A stretch of DNA of 64,000 bases from the NCBI GenBank assembly GCA_951406725.2, contig OX597818.1, positions 125,922,001 through 125,986,000 of the forward strand. The letters run 5' to 3'. This stretch comes from Octopus vulgaris. Taxonomy: Eukaryota. This document shows, piece after piece, positions 26,028 through 39,975 of the stretch (its first letter is position 1; each line of letters opens with the position of its first letter). The notes under the pieces are model-generated. The model had not been told where the DNA came from. It saw only the letters and a program-made list of their open reading frames with translations, and ran no database searches. Made by a program: the position numbers and the translations under genes.

Positions 26028-26342
26028 AAGGCGCGTGGCTGCGTGGTTAGAGTATTTGGCTCATAATCATAAGGTCGTAGGTTCGATTCTCGGTGGCGCG
26101 TTGTGTTCCTGAGCAAGATACTTTATTTCACGTCGCTCCAGTTAGCTCAGCTGGCAAAAATGAGTAGTACCTGTATTTCGAAGTGCCAACCTAGTCACAC
26201 TGTGCGTCACACTGAATCTCTGTGAGAACTTCATGAAGGATACGCGTGTCTGTGGAATGCTCATCCACTTGCACACGAATTTCACGAGCAGACTTTTTCC
26301 GTTGATCGGATCAATTAGAACACTTGTCGTCGTAAGCGACAG
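26028..26342 (+). mobile_element. SINE family C variant
   Basis: GAAGGCGCGTGGCTGCGTGGTTAG..GGTTCGATTCTC..GCGTTGTGTTCCTGAGCAAG. Confidence 0.8.
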
Positions 26343-26346
26343 AGTG

Positions 26347-26416
<70 letters not shown>

Positions 26417-26538
26417 AATGTCACCGTGATCACTGTGACCGACCAGGCTATTAGATGTTGCTACACATCGCTGGTCACAATGCGCTTCGCATTGTTTTAG
26501 CCTTCAAATGACGCCACCCCGCTGGCTAAGCGAGCAGG

Positions 26539-26605
<67 letters not shown>

Positions 26606-27054
26606 TCATCATCATCATCATCATCATTATCATTATTATTATTATCCTACGTGCTGGCAGAATCGTCAGAGCTTTGGAAATGCTTTGCATTTTTCGGCAC
26701 ACCTCTTTTGGGTCCTGTGTTCAAATCCTGCCGAGAACAACTTTAAGTGCCATACCTCCGACGTCGATAAAATAAGGTATCAACGATTGCCCCTCCCATC
26801 AAAATTGCTACTTTTGTCTCACAACTAACACAGCCACCTCTCAAAGCCTGCACAATCAATCGAAAGAGTTTCTATATGGTGGTAGCTTAATTTGATAGAA
26901 TTACCAAGCGAATTTCCCTCGAAAGGCATTGGATAGTATAGTCATGGGTATACAATGCTCAGTTGTTCGATGGGAATGTCATGACTAGAATAATTTTGCT
27001 CCCTGAGACTAACAGGGGAGCTTTATAATCTATTCCACTATAGACAAAATGCTT

Positions 27055-27247
27055 GAAAATTTGGAGGGGCAGGAGGAAGCTAGTCTATCCCATAGACCCC
27101 AGTCGGCAACTGGTACTTATTTTATTGACCCAGAAAGAGGAAGGCAAAGTCGACATCGGCGGAATTTGAACTCAGAACGTCAAGACTGGTGAAATTCCGT
27201 TAAGCATTTCGTCCGGTGCAGAGTCTATTCTGCTAGCTCACCGCCTT
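27055..27247 (-). mobile_element. SINE family B
   Basis: CTGGTACTTATTTTATTGACCC..GGCGGAATTTGAACTCAGAACGT..GCTCACCGCC. Confidence 0.85.
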
Positions 27248-27251
27248 GAAC

Positions 27252-27311
<60 letters not shown>

Positions 27312-28313
27312 TTTAACACATACACACAAAGAAATACAAACACACACACACGCACACTGATGTAGCAAATATTGGTTCTTAACATTGACTCAAAACAAAG
27401 CCACAAATATTTTGTCACTTCAATCGACCTGGTACTTGACCTGGAACTTACTTCATGCTTTATTGATCGATACTTGGAAAAAAAGAAAAGAAAAAATATC
27501 AAGCCATGGCTGGATTTATATGCATACTATCAAAAAACAATTTACTCTCCCAACGATTTAAAATATCACTTCAACAATTTTGCCAACAACTACGGCTAAT
27601 TCTACAATTACACACGCACTAGCGTTTATACGCACACACAAGGTGCACACAGACGTGCAAAGCACTGACAAACATACAAAATTAATGTTATTTTATCAAT
27701 TTATACGCTACAACCAGTGCCATCCTCCATTTAATGAACTATCCGGCCTTTGAAACGGTGTAAATGACATCACGTGTTAATAGCTATCTACGCTGAGTTA
27801 TGACGCACAAGAGGAATGTCGGATGTCTGGTTTCGGGTCCCATGTTAGTGTTAAACTCACATCGTGAACGCCATTTGAACTGTGAACTTTCTTTACGTTT
27901 GACACATAATGAATTACTTGATGACTTTTATACCTGAATAGACATACTTACATATTGACAGATGCATGCATTTATGCCTGTTAAGCGTATGTGTGTACGA
28001 GTGTATTAATGTATGTAATATTTGAATGCAAATATATGTATGTAAGAATGTATATGTGTGTAAATGTATGTAAGAATGTATATACATGTATGTATATATG
28101 TATTATATATACATAACAATATACATATATACTTAGACGGACAAAACTTATCTATAAGTCATGACTATGTGTATATGTGTTTGTGCACGTGTGCATGTGC
28201 GTGTGCTTATGTGTGTGTGTGTGTGAGTGAGAGTGAGTGTGTATATGTATGTGTGATTTGTGAAACTGCACATCCCTTACATGAGTATATATAATTCAGA
28301 CACACGCACACGT

Positions 28314-28365
<52 letters not shown>

Positions 28366-28367
<2 letters not shown>

Positions 28368-28610
28368 GATGGCGGTTCACTCGAGACCGAGGAAGACCGT
28401 CACTGACCACTGCCAATGCAAAAATGTTTGCAATGCTCAATCATGAGGCAATTGCACAAGCAGTCGGCTTCACCCCGGTTCGCGTCCGCACTTTTTCCAT
28501 GCTCGCTGCGGTGCCCTCCCACGCAACCGAGGATCGGCTAGTCCCCTTACTGACCATTGCACAACCTAAAATTCTAGAGCCCAATAATGTTTGCACAGCA
28601 CCTCGCAGAC
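28366..28610 (-). mobile_element. RTE-type LINE 3' end fragment
   Basis: ATGATGGCGGTTCACTCGAGACCGAGGAAGACC matches 10097-10130. Confidence 0.65.
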
Positions 28611-28663
28611 TCTCTCACACACGTACACACAGACACACACACATGCACATATATGTATATGTA

Positions 28664-28723
<60 letters not shown>

Positions 28724-28849
28724 GTGTTAAAATACTATTCCATAGCCATGCCAACAATCCAACATACCTCCATCATCAGCTGCCCCACGGATATCATTAT
28801 GGTTTCGACTCTTGGGCAGTACCATTCAATCCGGCGGTGTCAATACCGC

Positions 28850-29425
28850 TAAAATAAGCGTTGTTTGGAAACAAACAAACAAACCAAAGAAACCACAACT
28901 TTCAAAAACATTAATCCAATGTACAACCGTATCGATAAATATTCCATCACCCAACAACATCCATGAAGAAGCTGGCTTTTGAACTTGAAGTGGAACCCAA
29001 GACCATCAGAACAGCTGAGAATGATGACTTGGGCTTAAAGTTCTATACCAGGACACCGAGACACCTGCTGATAGAACCTATGAAGACCAGGAGACTGGAT
29101 AGGTGCAAAAAGGTTCTCGCATACTTCAAGAAGAACGGATCCACTGCGACAAGTTTTCTGACGATATCTCTGTGGATGCCGTTGAGAACCACAGAAACGA
29201 ATGATATATTGCGGAGTCAACAGCTGACGTCAATGCCACCTTCAGAACAAGACATCCAGCCCAGATCATGGCCTTCGGTGTTGTGACCTCCGATGGACGA
29301 AAGATGTCCATCTACTTCTACACACCCAGAGAAAAAGTGGGTGCTTATGTCTTCTAGAAGACACTGAGGTACCACGTCTTAACATGGCTCAAGGCCAACT
29401 ACCCGGAGGGCAACTATGTCTCGAC
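28850..29425 (+). pseudogene. Tc1/mariner-superfamily transposase relic (DD37D/maT-like)
   Basis: PTTSMKKLA..TIR...DLGLK; after a frameshift FRTRHPAQIMAFGVVTSDGRKM..WLKANYPEGNYV. Confidence 0.8.
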
Positions 29426-30123
29426 CTCGATGGAAATATGTAATGAAGTACAAATAATGTATACTAAATAATTTTTTTACGAATTACTTATTGCCCAATG
29501 CCCTCTTGGGTATTCTCGGGCGATTGAGACTGATGGGGCTTTTGTTGATTGCGAACGATCATATAGAAGGTGAAAAAAAAATGCAAGGGAAAATTCGTTG
29601 AAAAGAATTGCATATCTGAGAAATTTGAAAAATAACCGATTTGCAATGGGATTGAACGGTGAATATAGGAGCAGTTACAATCCAATATCGTGCACTACCT
29701 TCAGACTTTCCTTTGGCTCCAAGATTTAGAACAACAGATCAAATAAAAGTAGATTAAAAAAGAAAAATTAAAAAGGCTGGCCATTGCACTGAAGGAATTT
29801 AAATACGGATACAGGGCATAGTAGGAATAGTTGAGAAGTGATTATTTTACAGTTTGATTTGTGTCAAATATTCAAAAACATTAGTTCGAGACAAATAAGT
29901 AACCGAGAATGCAGGAATGCAAAAATTTAGTTTCTGGGAATAAGCTGTAGTGAAATTCGAGCTATTTTAAATAAATTGCGCCTGATGCATATATGTATAC
30001 GTGTAGGTGTGTATACATACACGCACACACGTACCCGCACACACACGCACAAACGTATATCAATCTATATATTTTGTGAACATTTGTGGCGCTGTTTAGA
30101 AAATCGGCTGTAACACTCACATC

Positions 30124-30340
30124 TTTCTTCTTCTTCTTCTTCTTCTTCTTCTTCTTCTTCTTCTTCTTCTTCTTCTTCTTCTTCTCCTTCTTCTTCTTCT
30201 TCTTCTTCTTCTTCTTCTCCTTCTTCTTCTTCGTCTTCTTCTTCTTCTTCTTCTTCTTCTTCTTCTTCTTCTTCTTCTTCTTCTTCTTCTTCTTCTTCTT
30301 CTTCTTCTTCTTCTTCTTCTTCTTCTTCTTCTTCTTCTTC
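30124..30340. repeat. (TTC)n / (GAA)n microsatellite
   Basis: Directly visible, about 70 units. Confidence 0.98.
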
Positions 30341-30484
30341 TCTGTTTCTTCCTTTCTCCCAATCCATTTCTCCGTATGTATATAACAAAGTACATATGTA
30401 CATATCTCTGTGTTTATATGGAGTTACAATGACCAATGCCACACAATAACCAGCAACATCAGCCTGATGAGGTTTCATCAGACT

Positions 30485-30530
30485 ACTTCTGAAGACACTT
30501 ATATAAGGGCGAAACCCTCGGTCGATATCC
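30485..30530 (+). ncRNA. Candidate decayed hammerhead
   Basis: CTGAAGA-CACTTATATAAGGGC-GAAACC-CTC-GGTC; stem I is poor. Confidence 0.55.
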
Positions 30531-30701
30531 AGCATTGAATATTCCAGTACCTTCCATAAATTTCTAATTTAAATAAATTTTCATTCATTTCTATTACGAT
30601 TAATTGTAAGAACAACCTGTTCACTTTTCACTCTCCCTCACAATCTCGCTCCCTTTTTATCTCCCCCTATCTCTCTCATCCTCTCTATCTCTTTATATAT
30701 A

Positions 30702-30828
30702 TAACGGGAAAGTTTACGAAAATAAACAAAAGACGAAGGCAGGTGGAGTACAAACAAACAAATGTATTAGTATAGCGCTCAGAAATAGAAAAAGTCTTTT
30801 ACGTTTCGAGCCTACGCTCTTCGACAGA
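30702..30828 (-). mobile_element. Short element with minimal HHR variant
   Basis: Minus strand CTGTCGAA-GAGC-GTAG-GCTC-GAAACGTA-AAAGAC; same architecture as 60947-60981. Confidence 0.65.
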
Positions 30829-30847
30829 TGTGGTGTGGTGTGTGTGT

Positions 30848-31190
30848 TTTAATCTTTTAACTTTTATTTGTTTCAGTCATTGTACTGCGGCCATGCTGGA
30901 ACATCGCCTTGAAGAATTTTCAGCTAATGTATCAACACCAGTATTTTGTTTTAAACCTGATACCTATTCTATCGAACGCTTTTACGGAACTGCTAATTTA
31001 CAGGGACGTACACACACCAGTTTCGGTTGTCAAGCTGTGGTGGAGGACAAACTTAGACACGTATGTATGCACGTATGTATTATTCGGCCTGGGATTACAG
31101 TAGAAGAGATTTGCTCAATGTGCTATGCAATAGAACTGAATCCTAAACCGCGAGAAAGCAAAGCAGCGAACATCATAACCAAATACCACC
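30848..31190 (-). mobile_element. SINE family A, diverged
   Basis: TGTTTCAGTCATTGTACTGCGGCCATGCTGGAACATCGCC. Confidence 0.75.
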
Positions 31191-31779
31191 TCCTACATAA
31201 ATAGAATTCTGATTAAACATTCATCATATATTTAATTAATATATAATGAAAATTATATAATTAAATCAATTTCAGATATTAATTCAGAAAAGACATAAAA
31301 TTCAAATATTTATAAATATTTATTGAAAATATATCAAGGTGCTATAAATGTATAACGCTAAAAGCTATTACAGCTGTCAGCTTGTTTTTTTTAATACGAA
31401 TAAAATACAAAATTTATTCAATGCAAATAAATTCTTGCTTCTATGTCACTCTTGTTTTAAAATGTAATCAAATTAAGAGACGATGATAAATATAAAAATA
31501 TATAATACCGTTCTTGAAAATTTGCTTAAAGTTGATAAAAAAATGGATATTAATTTAATAAAAATGCATAATCTCACATATCTACCTTAAGTGGCTGTAT
31601 GAGTGTACGTACGAATAAAGACAGACATACGCACGCGTGTATATATACATATATATTTATATACATACACACATTATATATATATGTATATAATATATAT
31701 ATATATATGCATATATATATATTCATGTAGATATATATATATATACATTCATACTTACTCACACACATACATATATACA

Positions 31780-31850
<71 letters not shown>

Positions 31851-32135
31851 ATATGGATATTGATGTATACATACATATATATAAATATGCATTCACATAC
31901 GTTGACAAGCAATCACGCGCACGCATATGCATATACAGTAGTCCAGAAACCCAGATAGATTTTATCGCAGAACACGAGATGTGAGAACATATATCCTATG
32001 TAAACAAATGCCATATTAGGGCGGGGTACTATAATACGCATAGGTTATATTAATAAACACTTTGCAGTCAGAGACTCATTTCATATAGATATATATATAT
32101 ATATATATATGAAATGAGTCTATGGCTGCAAAGTG

Positions 32136-32180
<45 letters not shown>

Positions 32181-32408
32181 TTTACAATCTTACATTCATA
32201 TACATAAATACATAAATACACACAGGCGCGCAAGCGTAGAAACGCACACACATACACACATGCATCACATCACACGCACACACACACACATACACACACA
32301 CATACATATATCAATGCTGGTGTGTACACAAAATTTTTACATCTTAGTTTCATACGTACCTATATATATTGATACGTGTGCGTCTCTCTCTCTCTCCCTT
32401 TGTATTGT

Positions 32409-32513
<105 letters not shown>

Positions 32514-32541
32514 CAACAGACAGACAGATAGACAGATATAT

Positions 32542-32643
<102 letters not shown>

Positions 32644-33149
32644 TGATTGATAGATATACATGCATATGTGTGAAGGAATAAATAAATTCAAAATCTTATG
32701 TTTCAAATTGTTATAAAATTCATTAAGTAAAATATAATTAACAAACAGCTATAAAATATTGCACCTCATTGTTTTGTAAACAAGAGTAAAAATGACTTTT
32801 GTGTTTCTATAAAGAGAAAAGAAAGAAAATTAGCTAATTTTCAAAACATGCATGATTTAATGTTCGTGTATCATTTTCATTGCTTTTGTTTAAAATAACG
32901 AATTAAACTTTTTTTCATACGTAAATGCTATGCAATTATCTAAATTGCCCTGTCATTGTGCTGAAGTCATATGTTTTTAGTTAATAAGTGGCTTGAAATA
33001 TTTTTTGTTTACTGTTAAATTTTATCTTATTCATTTGAATAGCAATGAGATTTTTGATGAATAGTAATGAAGGCCTGCAGCATGCTAAAGCAAACAGCTT
33101 TATGTTTCTGTATAAGAATTGATGACAAGATATGTTCATAACTATCTAA

Positions 33150-33543
33150 GGCGGCAAACTGGCAGAAACGTTAGCACGCCGGGCGAAATGCGTAGCCGTA
33201 TTTCGTCTGCCGTTACGTTCAGAGTTCAAATTCCGCCGAGGTCGACTTTGCTTTTAATCCTTTCGGGGTCGGGAAATTAAGTACCAGTTACGCACTGGGG
33301 TCGATATAATCGACTAATCCGTTTGTCTGTCCTCGTTTGTCCTCTCTGTGTTTAGCCCCTTGTGGGCAATAAAGAAATAGGTATTTCGTTGCCGCTACGT
33401 TCTAAGTTCAAATTCCGCCTAGGTCGACTTTGTCTTTCATCCTTTCGGAATTGATAAATTAACCACCAGTTGAGTACTGGAATTGATCTAATCGACTGGC
33501 TCCCTCCCCAAGAATTTTGGGCTTCGTGCCTAGAGTAGAATAG
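33150..33543 (+). mobile_element. SINE family B, 3' duplicated, 17 bp TSD
   Basis: GATATGTT(C/G)ATAACTAT at 33129-33145 and 33544-33560. Confidence 0.9.
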
Positions 33544-33624
33544 GATATGTTGATAACTATTTAGAGAAAATTTCAATTTAGTTGTTTAACTTCGTTAGTT
33601 TTATTTTAAATTTGCTAACATAGC

Positions 33625-33850
33625 TTTTTATCTTTTACTTGTTTTATGTCATTAGACTTCGGTTATGCTGGAGGCACTACCTTGAAAGGATTAGTTGAAT
33701 AAATTAGCCCCAGGAATTATTTTTATGTCTGGTTCTAATTCTCTTTGCCTCTTTAGCAGAACCGCTAAGTTACGGAGTCGTAAACAATCCAAAACCGGGT
33801 GTCAAGCGGTAAGGTAGAGGACAAACACAAGCATAAAACTACGCACATAC
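33625..33850 (-). mobile_element. SINE family A tail
   Basis: GAACCGCTAAGTTACGG; ATGCTGGAGGCACTACC. Confidence 0.7.
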
Positions 33851-33948
33851 ACATAGACATATGCACACTCATATATATATATATATATATATACGTGACA
33901 TCGGCGTCGTTATTGACTACGTTTTCACTTGGCTTGACGAGCACACTC

Positions 33949-34027
<79 letters not shown>

Positions 34028-34029
<2 letters not shown>

Positions 34030-34260
34030 GAGTGTGCTCATGAAGCCAAGTGAAATCGTATTCATGACCGATGCCGGTGTTACGTAACTGGTCCCCCGTG
34101 CCGGTGGCACGTAAAGAGCATCTATTGCACTCTTTGAGTGATTGGCGTTAGGAAGGGCATCCAACCGTAGAAACCATGCCAAAAACAGACTGGGACTTGA
34201 ACCTGCTCTCTGGCTTACCACTTCCAATCAAACCGTCTAATTCATGCCAGCATGGAAAGA
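34028..34260 (+). mobile_element. SINE-like body with RTE-UTR-like motif
   Basis: CGTGCCGGTGGCACG hairpin; GGCGTTAGGAAGGGCATCC; CATGCCAGCATGG (family link recalled, not searched). Confidence 0.55.
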
Positions 34261-34275
34261 GTATGCTACATGATG

Positions 34276-34348
<73 letters not shown>

Positions 34349-35640
34349 ACGGGCTTCTACACGGCTTCCGTTGGCCAAATTTCCAAATTATTCCCAAGGG
34401 ATTAGCAGGCTGGGATAATATAGACAAAGTGTCGCACAATGGGACTGAATTCGAATCCAAATCGTTGCAAAGTGAGTTTCTTAAGTATACAGTCATGCCG
34501 GCGCTTGTATTGTACATAAATATAAAAAATACATATTACTTAATCAGGTCACCGTGAAATGCTGAAGATGTAAATTAGTGTAGACATTACAACAAATTTC
34601 TAGTTTGTCATTCACTTAGATAGCAATCAACTATTTACTCTCTTCGTAGGTAAAAGAATGATGGGTAGTTATTTTCTGATAAGTGGTCAACAATTTGTGG
34701 AACATATCAAGATAATCATCGTTAGTTTTCCTGTGCTTCTCTATTTTAAAAAGTAGATTATACTTGTATGCAACTATAACAAAATGGCTACCAAAATAAC
34801 TGATATAAATGTTATATTTCTATAACTAAGTAAGCCAGAAAATACCTTGAACAGTATTCATATTGCTGCTTTACAATAGCTGCGGTGGAGCGTGTCATGC
34901 AAGGTGTTCAGGTTGCACAGTATTGCCACTTTATGCAGGTATGTTACGTTGAGTGAAGGGACGACCAAAATGGTTACTGCCCTCGACGGCCAAAATCCAC
35001 CCTAATCTACTGAATATTATCTACTTACATTTAATTGTAACTGTCTATTTAGCCACATAAAATAATACAGCATTTCGATATGTCAAAGCAGAGATCACCT
35101 TGAAAGATACAATGAAAATCCTTCATTTGATATTCTTGTATTCCATCATATTTATTAGAACATATTCCTTATATTCTCATAGATGTTACTAATTATAGTA
35201 ACACTTCGTTTTAAGATGTAATAACATACACAATAAATATACGAGAACATTCTGGTTGATCAAATATTATTCTTAAAATGATTTTTGATGTGGAAAAGTC
35301 CTTGTGTGTGGTGCCTTGAATAAAAGGTGTAAGTCATTCGCATTCGTTTGTCTTGTATTGAGCACTAAATGTGAATGGAATCTTTCACATCATTTGCACT
35401 TTATAAATGAAGAACAGAAAAAGAATACATACATACACATATGCATGTGTGTGTATGTGTGTGTACGTGTGTGCACGCGTACGTGTGTGCGTGTGTATGT
35501 AGTCATTATTATTATTAATACCATCTTCATCACAATCATTAGAAATTCAAAAATGCTTTAAAAACTCTCGCACGCACACACACACACACACGTATACATA
35601 CAAATATTTTAAAGGGTTTTATTTGTACTCGGTTCATTTA

Positions 35641-35880
35641 GGCGGTGAGGTGGCAGAAATGTTAGCATGGCGGATAAAATGCTTTGCGACGTTTCGTCCG
35701 TCCTTACGTTTTGAGTTCAAAATTTCGCCGAAATCGAGTTTGCCATTCACCCCTTTCGGGATCGATAAAATATGTACCAGTTGAATACTGGGGAGTGGGG
35801 GTGTCGATCACAGCGACCCCGCTCTCCCTCCCAAAAAATGTAATTTCAGATCTTGTACATATAGTAGAAAGAATTATTGT
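35641..35880 (+). mobile_element. SINE family B
   Basis: GGCGGTGAGGTGGCAGAAATGTTAG..CCCTTTCGGGATCGATAAAA. Confidence 0.8.
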
Positions 35881-36409
35881 TATTATTTTTGGCACAAGAA
35901 TAACAAGGCCCACTCTTTCATATTCTGTGTTTCTCTCATTATTGCTATATTTGTTATGCGTAATTGTTATCAATATTATTGTTACTGGCCTTTCCGTACT
36001 TGCTAGTGTTTTCTAGTATGATACTGCTTTTTTTTTTTCTTGTTAACGTCGTTGTAATTATTGCTGTGGTATGTTTAGAGTTATTCAGTTCTCTATTTTC
36101 CAAAGTTGACACAAATTTCTAGAAATAACAGGGTCACCTGCTACCGAAAAGCGAAAGAGATCCCCATGTGATGAAAATTCCGTATGGTTTCTGTTTGCAC
36201 TACGTAACAGGTTCAACAAGTCCAATATCTCACCGTTTACTGGTTCTTACGATTCCATCCCCATAGAAAATATTATCAGTAAACTTACGTTTTCCGTCTT
36301 ATACACACAACGATATCCAGATTCATATACAAATACATATATGAATGTGTCTTTCTAATCTCTGTTATTCACGGACTGCCTCGTTTTCTCTCTCACTCCC
36401 CCTCTCTCT

Positions 36410-36448
<39 letters not shown>

Positions 36449-36719
36449 TCTCTGTTATATATGTACACACACACACACACGTATGTATATATTATACCTT
36501 TATAAGACGAGGAGGTAAAAATGATTTGAAAGTTTCGGCCTGCTAGCATTCGTCGGAATGTCAGAAAACCGAAACTTTGAGTCACTATCACGCCGCTTTC
36601 TTGTTAAAGTATAATGAATATGTGGTTTATAAAAACTATAGGGTAACTTTCCAGTCTAATGTTAAATTGCTTTTATTGTAATTCGACATAGCAACAAACA
36701 TTAATATACTTTTGTGGAA

Positions 36720-36761
<42 letters not shown>

Positions 36762-37078
36762 TCAAGATAGAAAATGCTAAAATGATTTTATAAAAAACAT
36801 TTCAGTATCAGTCGTTGAGACTTTTTCAACTATAACAATTAAATAAATTAAAAGAAAAGTTTTTTTAAAAGAATATTTGTATAGTGTTCAAATACAAGTG
36901 GCATTTTCCTTGTTTCTGCCTGTCTCTGTCTCTCTTGTTTACTCTTGTGGGTTCGAGGTCCTTGTGAATTCTTGGTAGGGAAGAAGAAGAAGAAAAAGAA
37001 GGAGGAAGAGGAGGAGAAGATGGAATAATAATAATTTGGGAGTGCCGTGATAGTAGTATTTTGATGGTAAATACGCGC

Positions 37079-37116
<38 letters not shown>

Positions 37117-38161
37117 GTGTGTGCGTGTGTGTTTGTGTGTGTGTTTGTGTTATGGCAACCTTTGGCCACGGGATTTCCTGCTTACAATATTTGTAAAGTA
37201 TGACCACTCACTAATTTCGAGTTACGTTCTATAATTTGGCCCTTACGGAAACTGATAAGTTTTAAGAATCTAAAATCTACACTTTTTTTCAGCACAAAAA
37301 TCCATTTCTCGAGATTTTACCTAAGATGAAAAGTTATAATTCAGATACATAGATACTACCTATATATTGTTATAGCCTGTGTGTATTTTCGTTGTCTATG
37401 GATCGCAGTAAACATTAAGAGGTATGAAGTGGAATTTTCCATTGTGAATATTTGTGTGTGAGTTTGTTAATCTTTTCTCCAGTTACAATGAATTTCTCTT
37501 TCTATCTAACTGTCGATCGATCTTCTCAGTCAACCTTTGCTACCACCACTACCTCCCTTTTATATCATCACAACAACTGGAAACTTCAAAACGTATACAA
37601 TCACCGCCATTATCAACCCACCAGCTTCTTAATGACCAGCAACAGAAACAATACTAGTATGAACAAGATAAGCAACTCCATTTAAAATAAAAGACTATCA
37701 CATGAGATGATGTGGTGCCCTACTGCACTTTAAATGTTTAATGAAATGAATCGTCTTTGATCTCAAGTCATTGTATGCGTGTGTTGAAAGCTCCTGTTCC
37801 AAATGAGACAGCGTAATAATTAACGTTTGCTTTAGAACACCATATTAATTCATGCTCGTTCAACTTTCAAGTAGGTATGAAATATCGTTTGTTCTTCGAT
37901 TTTCACTTGGTATTATGTACATTGGAATAGATTAGAGAGTGCATATCCAAGATCAGATCAGAATAAAACTGGAAGTTAGCTTGGAATAAAACATCTTATC
38001 GTTACCTCATAAATTGCATAATCTTTACGCGTGTTCACTAGCAGGTACCAGTATGCAACGCGATAATCGTTACAAAGACGATGTGTGTGTATGTGTGTAT
38101 GGTTGTGTGTGTGTATGTGTGTTGTGTGCGTGTGTCTATGTATGTACTCCTCATGGAACCC

Positions 38162-38376
38162 TTACTCTTTTACTCTTTTATTTGTTTCAGCCATTTGACT
38201 GTGACCATGCTGAAGCACCGCCTTTAGTCGAGCAAATCGACCCCAGGACTTATTCTTTGTAAGCCTAGTACTTATTCTATCGGGTTTTTTTTGCCGAACC
38301 GCTAAGTTACGGGGACGTAAACATACAAGCATCGGTTGTCAAACGATAGTGGGGGGGAACAAACATAGACACACAA

Positions 38377-38413
<37 letters not shown>

Positions 38414-38576
38414 CGACGGGCTTCTTTCAGTTTCCGTCTACCAAATCCACTCACAAGGCTTTGGTCAGCCCGAGGCTATAGTAGAAGAGACTTGTCCAAG
38501 GTGCCACGCAGTGGGACTGAACCCAGAGCCATGTGGTTGTTAAGCAAGTTACTTACCACACAGCCACTCCTACGCC
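38162..38576 (-). mobile_element. SINE family A, full length
   Basis: Head GGCGTAGGAGTGGCTGTGTGGTAAG, core, TA tract and LINE-like tail all present. Confidence 0.92.
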
Positions 38577-39551
38577 TTGTTTATGATTTAAACATATATT
38601 CTATGCTTTTGATTCGAAAAAGAAACCGAATACGTCTTTGAGAAAATTCCGCCAAAGACTGAAACGCACCGTCAAAGGACAAACCTCTTCTTTTCCCGCA
38701 TATGCACGTGGGTGTATGTATACATTCGTGTTTGCATGTGTGCGTGTGTATGTGTGTATGCACGCGTGCTGTTTGGTCATAGTTACTTGTGGGTATGTGA
38801 AAGTTTATATTTGTGTCGTTATTACGCAAGCGTGCTTGGAATGAGTTTATGATTATGCCTATAAAGTTGGGTTATAAGAATAAAAAATTTAGAATTACTA
38901 ATTATAAGCACATGCACACACACATGCCTCTACAAAGATACATAGATATACTTAGGCAATTAGCCATGTGTTTATAATTAGTCATTTGTGTGTATATGTA
39001 TATGCATACTTTCTTTTTAATATCTTTTTCTGGCACGACTTACTTTTCAGGCCTAACAATGCATGTCATGTGCTTTTGCCTGAAATGCTGCTTTGTTGTA
39101 CTTATGAGCGAAAGAGATGGTTTTTTTTTTGCTGGTGATTGCGGAGGCTCTGCTAGTATTTGCGGTTCTCAGAATGATGATCTTCATGATGATGATGATG
39201 ATGATGTTGGTGGTGGTGGTGGTTGTAGGTCGCTGCTGCTATTGATGCTAAAAACGTTTTATCGTTAACGCTAAACTTTGACGAGACAGCAAAGAAAGTA
39301 GAAGATGCAGTGCAGTTTGTTCAGTGTTTTACAGTCATTTCCAGGTTATCATACGATCAGATAAATAAGCCATCGGTTCCGAGGTCAAATTATACGGGTT
39401 TTTAAGTACAAATGTTATCGCCCTGATCGGCTGAACTGCGTGAGATTCTTGCCTTTCTATAAAACATTAGCAACTTCCTTCACCGAAACGGTTTATGGCA
39501 TACATTTGTCTGGTCTGAATCCAAATTATAGAAATGTAAATGAATGATTTG

Positions 39552-39795
39552 TGAAGGTGTGTGGACTGTTGGTTAGGATGTTGCACTTACGATCACAAGG
39601 TTGTAGTTTCGAATCCTGGACCGAGCGGTACGTTGTGTTCTTGTGTAAAAACACTTCATTGCACATTGCTCCAGTCCGCTGCAAGTGAGAAACTCTGATA
39701 ATGGCCTTCCATTCAGGGAGGAAATTTGTGCTTCCGGTAAACTGTATGCCTTAGAAACCGTGTAACCCGCCCAGTGTTATGGGACTGGGACTAGC
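39552..39795 (+). mobile_element. SINE family C
   Basis: GTTTCGAATCCTGGACCG..GTTGTGTTCTTG..ACACTTCATT. Confidence 0.75.
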
Positions 39796-39817
39796 AACAA
39801 TAATAAACAGGGGGCTG

Positions 39818-39871
<54 letters not shown>

Positions 39872-39899
39872 GCTACTGCTGCTGCTGCTACTGCTGCTG

Positions 39900-39953
<54 letters not shown>

Positions 39954-39975
39954 ATAATAATAATAATAATAATAA

